From the IMG/VR virus record IMGVR_UViG_3300041583_000284, positions 308-64,307 of that record: a DNA stretch of 64,000 nucleotides; one strand, written 5' to 3'. Position 1 is the stretch's first letter; each line of letters opens with the position of its first letter. Made by a program: the position numbers and the translations under genes. Under the pieces are notes generated by a model. The model was given only the letters and a program-made list of their open reading frames with translations, was not told where the DNA came from and searched no databases. Shown here piece after piece: positions 28,101-36,491 of this stretch. This stretch comes from a virus.

Positions 28101-31100
28101 GGGCAACCTTGGCACTCAAGGCATCCGCCGTCACGGGGCTCGACCAACCCCTGTTGCCGAGCGTTCGGCGCCTTCTGGCCAAGGGGGATCTGAAGCGGGC
28201 TCTGGAGGCTATCGCGGCAACCGCGGAGAGCTCTGGCGTGGCCCGCGTTGCTCGGGCGCTCTCCCGTGTGTCTGGCACCACGAAGGTGGAGCTCGTCACC
28301 GACCTGACTGCTGAGGACGGATCGCCCGCCTCTGGCCGGTTTGACCCCGCGACAAACACGATCTCCCTTGACGCTTCCACGGGCCTGAATTTCCACACGG
28401 TGCTGCACGAGATGACCCACGCAGCAGTGTCCAAGACCCTTGCCAACCCGAGCCACCCCCTAACAGTGCAGCTGAAGACGCTGTTCACCAACACGAAGCC
28501 CGCTCTGGGGGCTGCCTACGGCACCACAAGCCTGCAAGAGTTCGCCGCGGAAGTCATGGGCAGCGTCAAGTTTCGGCAGTCTCTGGCCCAGCTGAACGAG
28601 CGGGGAAAAACTATCTCTGCGCTGGACCGCGCGATGCACGCCATCAGCAACTTTGTGCGCCGCTTGATGGGCATGAACCACCGGACCATGGACTCGGCGC
28701 TGTCTCGCGGCGACCAGATCGTTATGGGCATGCTGGCCCCGGCCCCTGAGTCCCGAAACTCAGGCGTGCTCTATATGGCAAGCCGTAGAGGGACCGGAGG
28801 GCGCCTTCTCAGCAACCTGCTTAACGCGGGCACCGTGGAGCCGACCGCAGAGCGTATGGAGAGGCTCACGGAGGTCCTGACCGACGCGGGTTCTGACGCA
28901 AAGTACGGAATTACCTACTTGTTCCGGGAGGCGCTGCTGCGCCTGACGCCGCTGCACTACATAGTGCAGATAGCTGCACCGTACTTCCCCAGTGCGCCCC
29001 GGCTGAACGAGCTGGTGAACGAAGCCAACGGGGAAATAGCAAGGGTTCTTGAGCGGACCTCCGCGCTGAACAATGCTATTGGTAAGTGGGCAAGCGGTAA
29101 CCGGGAGCTCGTGGACCGGTTCAACTCCCTCATCAACTATTCGACGCTCTATCAGGTGGACCCGGAGATCAGTGGGGCTGCGGCCCTCAAGGCCTACGGC
29201 TCTGACACAGACCGCATGCAGCAGTACCGCGCGGTTATGGCAGACTGGAACGCCGTAGACCCCTCGGGGCAGGCAGAGTATCGCCGCATACGCAACGTGT
29301 TTCGCACCTTGCAGTCAGACCTCATGTCCGCGCTTGATGCCCGGCTCGAGGCTGCTATCCCTGACGCGCAGGTCCGCGCCCGGGTGCGCAAAGACTTGTA
29401 CACGCAGCTCACGAAGAAAGATCAGCTCTCGGTCTACTTTGCGCTGGGCCGTGATGGGGACTATTGGATGACTTACAACGCCTATGACCCTCGCAGCGGA
29501 TCGGTTGAGTATTTTGTGGAGGCGTTCAAGTCCCAAGCAGACCGCAACCGTGCCCAGTTGGAGCTCCAGAGTGATCCCGACACTCAGGCGGGCAACTTTA
29601 ACCACATGCTGCGGACTGACAGTGAGGGGTTCGCCAACGCCCCTCCGGCGTCGTTTATCGCGAAGCTCAACACACAGCTCCGGGGGGCGAGCGTGGATGA
29701 GGACACCATCAGGCTGGTCACGAACTTGTACCTAGACACGGTGCCAGAGACCTCATTCCTGCAGTCATACCGGCAGCGGAAGGGCACGTTGGGCTTCAAC
29801 AAGGACGCGATCCGCACCAACACGTCCAAGGCCAACTCACTCGCGCGCAATATCGTGCAGCTGCGGTTCGGGTCAAAGTTCTCGGCGCTGAAGACGAAGT
29901 TCGAGAAAGAAGCCAAGCAGCTTGGTTCCGAGGCTGCAGAGGTGCGGCAGATCCGAAATCAGTTGAACGCCTTCGCCAACTTCGCATCTAACCCTGCCCT
30001 CCCCGGCTGGTCCCAGACGCTGAGGTCCTTTGCGTTCAACATGACCCTCGGGTTCAACATCTCCACAGCCATGCTGAACCTCATGCAGATGCCTATGATC
30101 GGGCTGCCCTTCCTCGGAGCGAAGTATGGCTACCGGGAAACCACTCGTGCCATGGGCGCAGCCACGCGGCTGATCGCTGGCAGCGGCACCATGCGGGAGA
30201 TCGACGCCTTCAACCCTGACGGCACTGGACTGGTCAAGGAGCGGGTGGAGGCACAGCCGTCGCTGGAGAACTATGACTTCACCGCGCCGAACCTATCACC
30301 CGAGCTGCAAAAGCTGCAGTATCTCGTGGCTGAGGGACGCACCAACGGGCAGTTCAACCGGTCCATTACGCTCGACACCCTCGACATTGACGGGTCTCAG
30401 GGCCTTTCGGAGAAGTTCAACCGGGCAACGGGCTGGATGCTCCACCACTCGGAGCGCTACAACCGTGAGGTCGCACTGGCATCATCGTACATGCTCGAGC
30501 TGGGCAGGTTGGAAAAGGCGGGCACCGCGCTGACCTCTGAGGTTATGCGCAACGCGGCCAAGCAGGCTGTGTACCTGACGGAGATGATAAACGGGGGCAC
30601 CGCAGCGGCGTCTACGCCTCGCATCGCCCAGAACGGGCTCGGCTCTCTTGTGTTCATGTACAAGCGGTACGGCGTGTCTATGTATGCCCTGATGTTTGAC
30701 TCGGCCAAGCGTGCCCTCAAGGACCAGTCGCCCGAAGCAAGGCGCATTGCGCAGAAGCAGATCGGGGGCCTCGTGGGCGCAACAGCGCTCCTGTCCGGTA
30801 TCGCTGGCCTGCCAATGTTCGGCACCGCCGCCATGCTCTACAACTTGCTGTGGGCCGACGACGACGAGGAACAGTTCGAGTCTGTGGTGCGGGAGTACAT
30901 TGGGGACGGTGCAAATCGAGGGATACTTGATTACGCTCTGGGCATCAGCGTTGCGCCCCGCATCGGCCTGTCAGACATCTTGTTCCGGGAGCCTATGATC
31001 GAGAAGGAGCAGTCCAGCCTATGGACTGTTGCGGAGGTGCTGGGGGGCCCTGCTATCGGCACCTATCTGAACCTCGAGCGCGGCGTCAAAGACATGGCCG

Positions 31101-31582
31101 CTGGTCAATGGCAACGAGGCATCGAGTCAGCATCTCCTGCGGCGGTCCGTTACTTCCTGAAGGCTGGCCGGTATGCGGCTGACGGTTCCGTGACGCGCTC
31201 CGGGGACACTATTGTCGAGGAGATACACCCCGGCCACGTTCTTGCGCAGGCCCTCGGCTTCGCCCCGGCGGAAATCATCGCGGTGCAAGAGGTCAACTCT
31301 GCACGAAAAAGGCTGGATCTGGGTATCAATAAGCGCAAGTCCAAGCTAGCTGATCGCTATGCAATGGCGCAGAAGGAAGGCAACTCCGAGGCCATGAAGG
31401 ACATTATCGCGGACATAAAGGACTTCAACGCGGATCACCCATACACGGGGATAGACCGCGATTTCCTTCGGAGCTCTATGAAGAGCCGGGCGAACACCGA
31501 CAAGCGGACCTACAACGGGGTGTCGTTCGACGCCAGATTGGTGGATGAGGTGCGGGCCCGGTTCAAGGACTATCAGGGATGA
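25190..31582 (+). CDS. giant virion-associated (ejection/polyvalent-type) protein with an HExxH motif
   Basis: 2130 aa, the largest ORF, at the end of the structural operon. FHTVLHEMTHAAVS is a zinc-metallopeptidase-type HExxH motif. Long Ala/Pro-rich repeats. C-terminal third has hydrophobic helices (FAFNMTLGFNISTAMLNLMQMPMIGLPFLG, GLVGATALLSGIAGLPMFGTAAMLYNLLW). Confidence 0.55.
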   Translation: MAILTIPGQFSGKNYTVNIPGETPSVDEQNKIDAFVRQRESDFLAEYEQVYGKPLDTGEGSGFGNYLGEIPKGLARGAVGMLETGALGAAALLPERFEDPTREFIRGTAYNLKPQTDIGLEDSLVGKLSEGVGSFAGILAAGAINPAAAVALAGAAGSGEASERARAKDATEEERTLAAALGLVPGMFDYIPVARIFNRLGATRTRGLKASLGRILQQSGEEALQEAAQEVAQNLIAQGVYDPDQDALGGVGEAAALGGGVGAIVQGLVELVLPGRRRGAATGTEAGESADAGTEAGESADAEPFDDADMLFPPGMEMRPAITGDAFAALTQQQQAQETAFAQAEKFVVQKQILADAANGMSTADSAKKRRDTIKNLTAGVEKGAQLGVLTDFVQQVRNRIGVPVVRPEPEFSADDQLKLDKWRASTKAFLDAGKKAGPEMVPTPVSGTQLTAKQKKAAEAAARKAAKEAAAGVVPPAAAVEPVATADAGPPAAIADLFAPAATAEPVVTPAAATADLFAPAAAAPVIASADAVAAAPVGAPVVATPPAGETLFTPEFVQSLGFSKGSPVTKAATAPAGVLAGKPLSDPAVQKRLKELLANAQVPSANKAAIRAAMAPAPSAAPVLDPAPTASVAETPAPTASVAEREPMRGAIPGEVSGTAGQNIAQGVRGVASSPAPSVVTPTAAANPNDSKALGEQIAAYVRSTLPQEQQDFLYAGGAGFIGVDSTDATDKSLILALLAQGGAKTPEEKAAKKFFSKFTNPTEALEEIAAQSVLSPKTFDKRGDSAEASAFYAGMGSDAAVLAGKWALTRVSAPARAAFRKARQDARSAKARLYVQSTAGQDPVTTPLTAVNTEAPTAEEKAAGEAAFAAPITPEERAGWATGVAEAAEATKAEQNLLRAERAAALARRDAEPAAIKRAGLALLRAQREAAMTPEERNARAQRDMAKRAAVSAEQDLENAVDIIMRTRATLALKASAVTGLDQPLLPSVRRLLAKGDLKRALEAIAATAESSGVARVARALSRVSGTTKVELVTDLTAEDGSPASGRFDPATNTISLDASTGLNFHTVLHEMTHAAVSKTLANPSHPLTVQLKTLFTNTKPALGAAYGTTSLQEFAAEVMGSVKFRQSLAQLNERGKTISALDRAMHAISNFVRRLMGMNHRTMDSALSRGDQIVMGMLAPAPESRNSGVLYMASRRGTGGRLLSNLLNAGTVEPTAERMERLTEVLTDAGSDAKYGITYLFREALLRLTPLHYIVQIAAPYFPSAPRLNELVNEANGEIARVLERTSALNNAIGKWASGNRELVDRFNSLINYSTLYQVDPEISGAAALKAYGSDTDRMQQYRAVMADWNAVDPSGQAEYRRIRNVFRTLQSDLMSALDARLEAAIPDAQVRARVRKDLYTQLTKKDQLSVYFALGRDGDYWMTYNAYDPRSGSVEYFVEAFKSQADRNRAQLELQSDPDTQAGNFNHMLRTDSEGFANAPPASFIAKLNTQLRGASVDEDTIRLVTNLYLDTVPETSFLQSYRQRKGTLGFNKDAIRTNTSKANSLARNIVQLRFGSKFSALKTKFEKEAKQLGSEAAEVRQIRNQLNAFANFASNPALPGWSQTLRSFAFNMTLGFNISTAMLNLMQMPMIGLPFLGAKYGYRETTRAMGAATRLIAGSGTMREIDAFNPDGTGLVKERVEAQPSLENYDFTAPNLSPELQKLQYLVAEGRTNGQFNRSITLDTLDIDGSQGLSEKFNRATGWMLHHSERYNREVALASSYMLELGRLEKAGTALTSEVMRNAAKQAVYLTEMINGGTAAASTPRIAQNGLGSLVFMYKRYGVSMYALMFDSAKRALKDQSPEARRIAQKQIGGLVGATALLSGIAGLPMFGTAAMLYNLLWADDDEEQFESVVREYIGDGANRGILDYALGISVAPRIGLSDILFREPMIEKEQSSLWTVAEVLGGPAIGTYLNLERGVKDMAAGQWQRGIESASPAAVRYFLKAGRYAADGSVTRSGDTIVEEIHPGHVLAQALGFAPAEIIAVQEVNSARKRLDLGINKRKSKLADRYAMAQKEGNSEAMKDIIADIKDFNADHPYTGIDRDFLRSSMKSRANTDKRTYNGVSFDARLVDEVRARFKDYQG

Positions 31583-31587
31583 AAAAA

Positions 31588-31607
31588 GCCCCCGCCGGAG
31601 CGGGGGC
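31588..31607 (-). terminator. rho-independent terminator at the convergence of the two arms
   Basis: GCCCCCGC-CGGA-GCGGGGGC 8-bp stem. The A6 run on the plus side gives a T6 tract for minus-strand transcripts. Confidence 0.7.
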
Positions 31608-31676
31608 AGTAGGCTAGGAACAACCTTGGGAGGTACGACAGGAAGCAGGTGGCTCTGTTCTGTCAAGGTAACTATA

Positions 31677-31910
31677 TCATGGGGTTCGCCATATACGCAA
31701 CCCCAAAATGTTGTCTTTGAAGGCCCGCCGACAGGCGATACGGATCTCCAGTTTTCTCGCTATGACCTCGGCCTGCTTCTGGCAGGCTTGGGCGTTTATG
31801 CAGGGCACGAACACTGACATCCCGGGATAGAGCTCCTTCCACGGGACCACGATGCGAAGCCCGTCCGGGCATAGGTCAAGTAGGGTCCGAACTGTCATGA
31901 GGTGCCTCAA
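31677..31910 (-). CDS. hypothetical small protein
   Basis: 77-aa last ORF of the minus arm before the terminator. VVPWKELYPGMSVFVPC resembles a recurrent phage small-protein motif (recalled). Confidence 0.4.
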   Translation of the reverse strand: MRHLMTVRTLLDLCPDGLRIVVPWKELYPGMSVFVPCINAQACQKQAEVIARKLEIRIACRRAFKDNILGLRIWRTP

Positions 31911-34785
31911 AATGCATGGGGATCTTCAGCACGTCCACCGGGGGCAGGCTCATCGAGGTGCCTTTGGACAGCCGCACGCGGACTTTCTCAGCCTTGACCT
32001 TCTTCGTCAGCTCATCTTGCACCGATGCATAGTTGATCTGCTGCTCGGACAACCACTCCTTGAACGGACGGATCAACAGGTACAACTGCTTGAGGTCTGT
32101 CTCGTACCGCCCCGCAAAGTCTGTGCTGCGGGGCATCTGCTCTGGCACCGCCATGTGCTCCATCGTGGTCGATGTGCCCCGGGCCCGAAGGTCTATGGTC
32201 GATTTGATCTGCAGGATGCGGCCCCAGTTCTCGTAGACGTACTCGTTGACCAGCGCCACTGCGTCAATCGTGAGTTCCCCGCTCGCCTGCTGGTTCGGGC
32301 GCAGCACCTTGGCGATGACGTAATCGCGGAGCGTCTTGACGTTGTACTGTAGCAGACCAAGGTGGTTGCAGATCACGGCCGCGGCGATAGATGCTGCCAT
32401 GGCGGACGACCAGAAGCGGTTCTCCGGCCCCAAGTTCGCTGTGGTGTCGATCTGGCGCTGGACAGTCTGCACCAGTATCTGGACCTCCTGCAGGTTCTGG
32501 AGGACGTACTGAACGAAGGGCACACCGGCATGACCGTAGTGCAGGAGCAGGTCCCGGCTGAACTTGTCGGTGTCCTCCTTGTCAGACTTCTGCGAGAACA
32601 GCCGGCCAACCTCAATCTCGAGGACCCGCTGGGCTTCTGCTTTTGGCATGGCCTTGGCGCTGGCCACCTTGTCGATCAGGCTGGCATTGCCAGATGTGAT
32701 GAACAGCAGGTTCCAAGGATCGCCGCGGAAGCGCTCCGAGTTGCCGCTGGACGACATCCTGTTGCGCTGCTGGCCCCCGGTCACCTGATAGATGAGGTCT
32801 GATGCGTGGTCGGGGCGGATGTTGGTCACCTCGTCCATGCACACAGGGATGCTGTGCATCACGTCAGCCCGGTTCATGCGAGAGTTGTGGGTGTCCCGCT
32901 CGTCAAGGATCAGCTTCTTCGGGTTGCCCCAGATAGATAGCGCTGCGAGCTTCGCTGTGGTTTTGCCGAACCCAGAATCTTTGGACCACAGGTGGATCAG
33001 GGCAGCGCTTTCCGGCAGGAACTTCATCAGGGCAGAGCCGAACCCCGCGCAGACCACGAGCTGGTGCAGCTCGAAGCCGGGCCGATTGTAGAAGGCCATT
33101 GTCTCCTTCCAGCCCTCCAAGGTGCCTTTGGGGGTGAAAAACTCGGTCAGCCCCCGTGTGCCTGCTGCTGGTGCATTGTGCTCGATACGGTCGCTTTGGA
33201 TGACTTGCTCACCCAGCACGAACCCGTTGAACTCGCCGACCCAGCCAAACTGGCGGTGCGCGTTGTCTGCTTGCGATCTATATTGCAATTCTCTCACCCA
33301 TGTTTGTGTGTACTGCATAAGCGCGTCCACTTCTTTGTTGATAGCCGCCACACCCTGCATAGCGAGGGCGCGTCGAAATTCCTCTTTCGAGGTGACTGCG
33401 TAGAGGGGCACAACGAACGTGCGGGCCTTGTCTTGGGGCAGATGATACCGCATCTCGATAACCTCGCCTTGCTCGGGATCAACCAGCCGCCGGAGCACGT
33501 AGATGTCGTGGAGCCAGACCAGCTTTGAGTCCACCACCCCTTCGGCATCCTTGGTCTCTAGGTATACTCCGCCCCCGATACCGCGCTTGTAGGGGTACGG
33601 CAGAGGAGGAAGCACCATCTTGCCGTCGCCGCGGACTTCCACGACCAGCTTCGTGCCTTCTGGAGCCTCGAACACTTCCACAGGGCCCTCGGCCTGTATC
33701 AGGGAGTTCCCCAAAACAATCGGGGACTTGATTTTGCCCCAGTGCGGGCAGCCTTCGCAGCCGCCGGGGTTCAACTCGTCAAACCGCACACAGAGATAGG
33801 GACCCTTGATCTGGGAGGCCTTGTACGCAGTGTCTTCAGCGTCGTAGTCCGGGTGCCCCGCAGACAGCCAATGGATGGCCTGCTGCTCGGCGCAGTGTGT
33901 CGCGATGGACAGCCCTGCACGCCACAATGGTTCTGGCACAGTTGTCGGGTCTGACAGCATGGCCCCTATCTGTGCGCAGCCGGTGCCCGCAGCGGTCTTT
34001 CGGGCGATCTTCTTGAACGATGCTTCTATGTTGCCCCGCAGGGCATCCATGACAGCGCTGGTGCCTACCACGGCGGCGGCCGCAGCGGAAACCTTCATGG
34101 CAGGGTCTGCAAACAGGCCTGCTGGTGCCGAGACCGCTGCGTGGGGCGCTATGCACGCATTGAACAGCTCAAGAGATGTTGCCTCATGATCCCCGTTGGC
34201 CAGTATCGTGACCGGGTTCGGCGGGGTGTCCTTGTAGTTGTGGGTGCCCGGCATGCGCAGCACCCGTGCAGCATCTGCAGTTGCCGTGGTATCGCAGCAA
34301 AAGCCTAGTGTCTTGCAGGCCGACTTGAACCGTGTCGCCACAGGCAGCCAGCTTGCATAGGGCACCGCAGAAGTGAGCGGCCAGTAGACATGCAGGCCCC
34401 GGCCCGAGTTTACGATGATCGGTTTTGGCAATTTCAGCTTCTTGACGAAGCCGCGCAGAGACAGCAGTGCTTCTCCTTGGTTGGGGTAGTCCTTGCCCGC
34501 CCCGCAGTCCAGATCGAGAAAGAAAGACCCCATCGAAGTAACGTTGCCAGCCTCACGGCTGTCTGCTGTAGCGAAACGCCCCAGCGCGAAATAGGCATCA
34601 CGCTCGTTGCTGTCGAAGTTTAAGGCCGCATGGATAGCGGCCTCTGGGGTATCGTAGAATTTCTGGGTGCGTTTGCCCTTGTCGGGCCCTAGTGCAAGGA
34701 TGCTGTAGTATCCGGCGTCCCCCGTGACACGCCTTACGAAGTCTGTTGTTTCCATAGCCGCCACTCTTTGGATGATGCTCGCCAA
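31876..34785 (-). CDS. bifunctional primase-polymerase / SF3-type helicase
   Basis: 969 aa. FFLDLDCG (DxD) and GRGLHVYW are the prim-pol signature. A CEGCPHWG zinc motif follows. Walker A is DSGFGKTT and Walker B is VCMDEV. Confidence 0.8.
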   Translation of the reverse strand: MASIIQRVAAMETTDFVRRVTGDAGYYSILALGPDKGKRTQKFYDTPEAAIHAALNFDSNERDAYFALGRFATADSREAGNVTSMGSFFLDLDCGAGKDYPNQGEALLSLRGFVKKLKLPKPIIVNSGRGLHVYWPLTSAVPYASWLPVATRFKSACKTLGFCCDTTATADAARVLRMPGTHNYKDTPPNPVTILANGDHEATSLELFNACIAPHAAVSAPAGLFADPAMKVSAAAAAVVGTSAVMDALRGNIEASFKKIARKTAAGTGCAQIGAMLSDPTTVPEPLWRAGLSIATHCAEQQAIHWLSAGHPDYDAEDTAYKASQIKGPYLCVRFDELNPGGCEGCPHWGKIKSPIVLGNSLIQAEGPVEVFEAPEGTKLVVEVRGDGKMVLPPLPYPYKRGIGGGVYLETKDAEGVVDSKLVWLHDIYVLRRLVDPEQGEVIEMRYHLPQDKARTFVVPLYAVTSKEEFRRALAMQGVAAINKEVDALMQYTQTWVRELQYRSQADNAHRQFGWVGEFNGFVLGEQVIQSDRIEHNAPAAGTRGLTEFFTPKGTLEGWKETMAFYNRPGFELHQLVVCAGFGSALMKFLPESAALIHLWSKDSGFGKTTAKLAALSIWGNPKKLILDERDTHNSRMNRADVMHSIPVCMDEVTNIRPDHASDLIYQVTGGQQRNRMSSSGNSERFRGDPWNLLFITSGNASLIDKVASAKAMPKAEAQRVLEIEVGRLFSQKSDKEDTDKFSRDLLLHYGHAGVPFVQYVLQNLQEVQILVQTVQRQIDTTANLGPENRFWSSAMAASIAAAVICNHLGLLQYNVKTLRDYVIAKVLRPNQQASGELTIDAVALVNEYVYENWGRILQIKSTIDLRARGTSTTMEHMAVPEQMPRSTDFAGRYETDLKQLYLLIRPFKEWLSEQQINYASVQDELTKKVKAEKVRVRLSKGTSMSLPPVDVLKIPMHFEAPHDSSDPT

Positions 34786-34835
34786 GGCTGGTGCCTTTAC
34801 CCCCTCGGCGAGCTTTGTTTCAGTGACCTGCGACC

Positions 34836-35816
34836 TTATTCGTCGTCATCGTCATCCCACTGCCCAATGATGCTGGCCAGATCCGTCTTGGTCTCCGCAA
34901 CAGCCGCAGGCTTGGTCGTGCGCTTGATGGGCGCATCTTCGTCCTCGTCTTCGACCGGAGCAGGCTTGGGCTTCGGCTTGGGCTTTGGCGCGGGCTCTTC
35001 GTCCTCTTCTTCGACCGGAGCAGGCTTCGGCTTCGGCTTCGGCTTCGCCTTCGGCTTCGGGGCAGGGTCCGCCGACTTAGGCTTGACGCCGTCGCCTTGG
35101 GACACGGTCATTGTCAGTGCAGCCTTCGCCGCATCGCTGTCCCGTGCGTCCACAGCAGCGCGGAGCTCGTCCTCATCCAGTGGGCGGACAGGCTTGAAGT
35201 ACAGCTTCGGCGTCTCTGTGTCTTCGTCGAAGGACACCTCGGTCACGATGGCCGTGATCGGAGTACTGTGGACCCCCAGCAGCTTGGCATACGCCTGCAT
35301 GCCCATCAGGCCCTTGTTCGCCTCGCCGAAGATTGACGTGGCAGGGAGCTGCATCTGGTACACGGTGTTCTCCGGGTCGCCTTCCAGCACCACGGCAAGG
35401 CGCTGGCTGAAGCGGCATGCACGTGAGTCGCCCTGCCCAGAGCCCTTGATGTTCATCGGGCAGTCAGTGCAGCTGGCCGACATCTTCTGGTCTTCAGGCA
35501 CGTCTGGGCTCGGCACCCGGGTATCAGAGGACCAGCAGACTGGCGCCGTGGCGCTGTTCGGGTCGTAGGTGCCTTCATAATAGGTGCGCGCCAGAGGGGC
35601 AGCGTTCGCGATGATAAGGTTGAGCTGGCCACCTTTGAACACGCGCACTTGCTCGCCACCGATGATCTCACGGAAGCGGCCGCCTTTGATACTGATACGC
35701 GGGATGCCGATAGGGTTGCCCGCAAGGGTTTTGTTCGTATCCAGCAGGGACTTGAACAGGTCGCTGGTCACCATCGAGTTCCCGGCGCCACCGAAAAGGG
35801 TCATTGCATCACTCAT
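34836..35816 (-). CDS. single-stranded DNA-binding protein (putative)
   Basis: 326 aa. Acidic C-terminal tail ...GQWDDDDDE, typical of phage and bacterial SSBs. Duplicated PKPKPKPKPAPVE(E/D)EDE linker. Sits between the primase and helicase genes. Confidence 0.5.
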   Translation of the reverse strand: MSDAMTLFGGAGNSMVTSDLFKSLLDTNKTLAGNPIGIPRISIKGGRFREIIGGEQVRVFKGGQLNLIIANAAPLARTYYEGTYDPNSATAPVCWSSDTRVPSPDVPEDQKMSASCTDCPMNIKGSGQGDSRACRFSQRLAVVLEGDPENTVYQMQLPATSIFGEANKGLMGMQAYAKLLGVHSTPITAIVTEVSFDEDTETPKLYFKPVRPLDEDELRAAVDARDSDAAKAALTMTVSQGDGVKPKSADPAPKPKAKPKPKPKPAPVEEEDEEPAPKPKPKPKPAPVEDEDEDAPIKRTTKPAAVAETKTDLASIIGQWDDDDDE

Positions 35817-36039
35817 TGTTATCTCCAGAGGTTGTAGGTTTTTGTTGTGCAGCCTCAGCGTGGGACTGCAGGGCAGTGACGACCGCGGGCAGGTTAAAGC
35901 GGTACACGGAGCCCAGTTGGATGTATGTATCCTTGGGGACTGTGCCCGCCCGCACCCAACTGCGGAAGGTAGAGAGGGACACCAGAAAATGCTTCGCAGC
36001 GTCCTCCAGCGTCACATAGGGAGTGGGGTTCGGTGTCAT
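35809..36039 (-). CDS. helix-turn-helix DNA-binding protein (excisionase/MerR-like HTH)
   Basis: 76 aa. YVTLEDAAKHFLVSLSTFRSWVRAGTVP...YRF matches the recalled HTH_17-type pattern. Confidence 0.55.
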   Translation of the reverse strand: MTPNPTPYVTLEDAAKHFLVSLSTFRSWVRAGTVPKDTYIQLGSVYRFNLPAVVTALQSHAEAAQQKPTTSGDNNE

Positions 36040-36443
36040 GCTTTCCTCACAGAAATGGAATACTCCGAATCGACGTTCAACGCCGGGAGCGTGATTTCAG
36101 GGTTCTCCTCAATGTACGCCTTAACCGCCGTCTGGTTCAAGCGCTTCTCAAGGAACTCGGGTAGGCTGTGCTCCATGATGAAGGCATGCATCGCCTGCCA
36201 ATCGCCCGTCCAGTAACGGGTCTTCGTGGAGCGGTAGAACAAGCCGCTGGCCGTGCGGACAGAGTCCACGCCATGCTCCTTGCAGTGGTCCAACAGCGCC
36301 CGCTTGATGGTGTCCATCTGCTCAGTGAACTTCTTGTCCTCGGTGTCGTACTCCAGCTTCAGCTTCGCCTTCGCGTCGCGGATGCGGATGTAGGCTTTGG
36401 TCATCTTGCCCACCATTGCCGACTCTGTGTTCTCGGTTGTCAT
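36036..36443 (-). CDS. hypothetical protein
   Basis: 135 aa, ATGA-coupled. Confidence 0.5.
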   Translation of the reverse strand: MTTENTESAMVGKMTKAYIRIRDAKAKLKLEYDTEDKKFTEQMDTIKRALLDHCKEHGVDSVRTASGLFYRSTKTRYWTGDWQAMHAFIMEHSLPEFLEKRLNQTAVKAYIEENPEITLPALNVDSEYSISVRKA

Positions 36444-36491
36444 TAGCTGTTCTCCAGTGGTTATAGCGCTTATCTAATAGTGCGCGGTTAC

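Noticed and set aside
25190-31582. The giant ORF as an N4-like virion RNA polymerase that would read the hairpin palindromes as promoters.
   Set aside because: I could not find T7-like RNAP motifs (Rx3Kx6-7YG, catalytic Asp motifs) or a two-barrel DxDxD motif. The size and the HExxH plus membrane-helix architecture differ. The idea remains untested rather than excluded.
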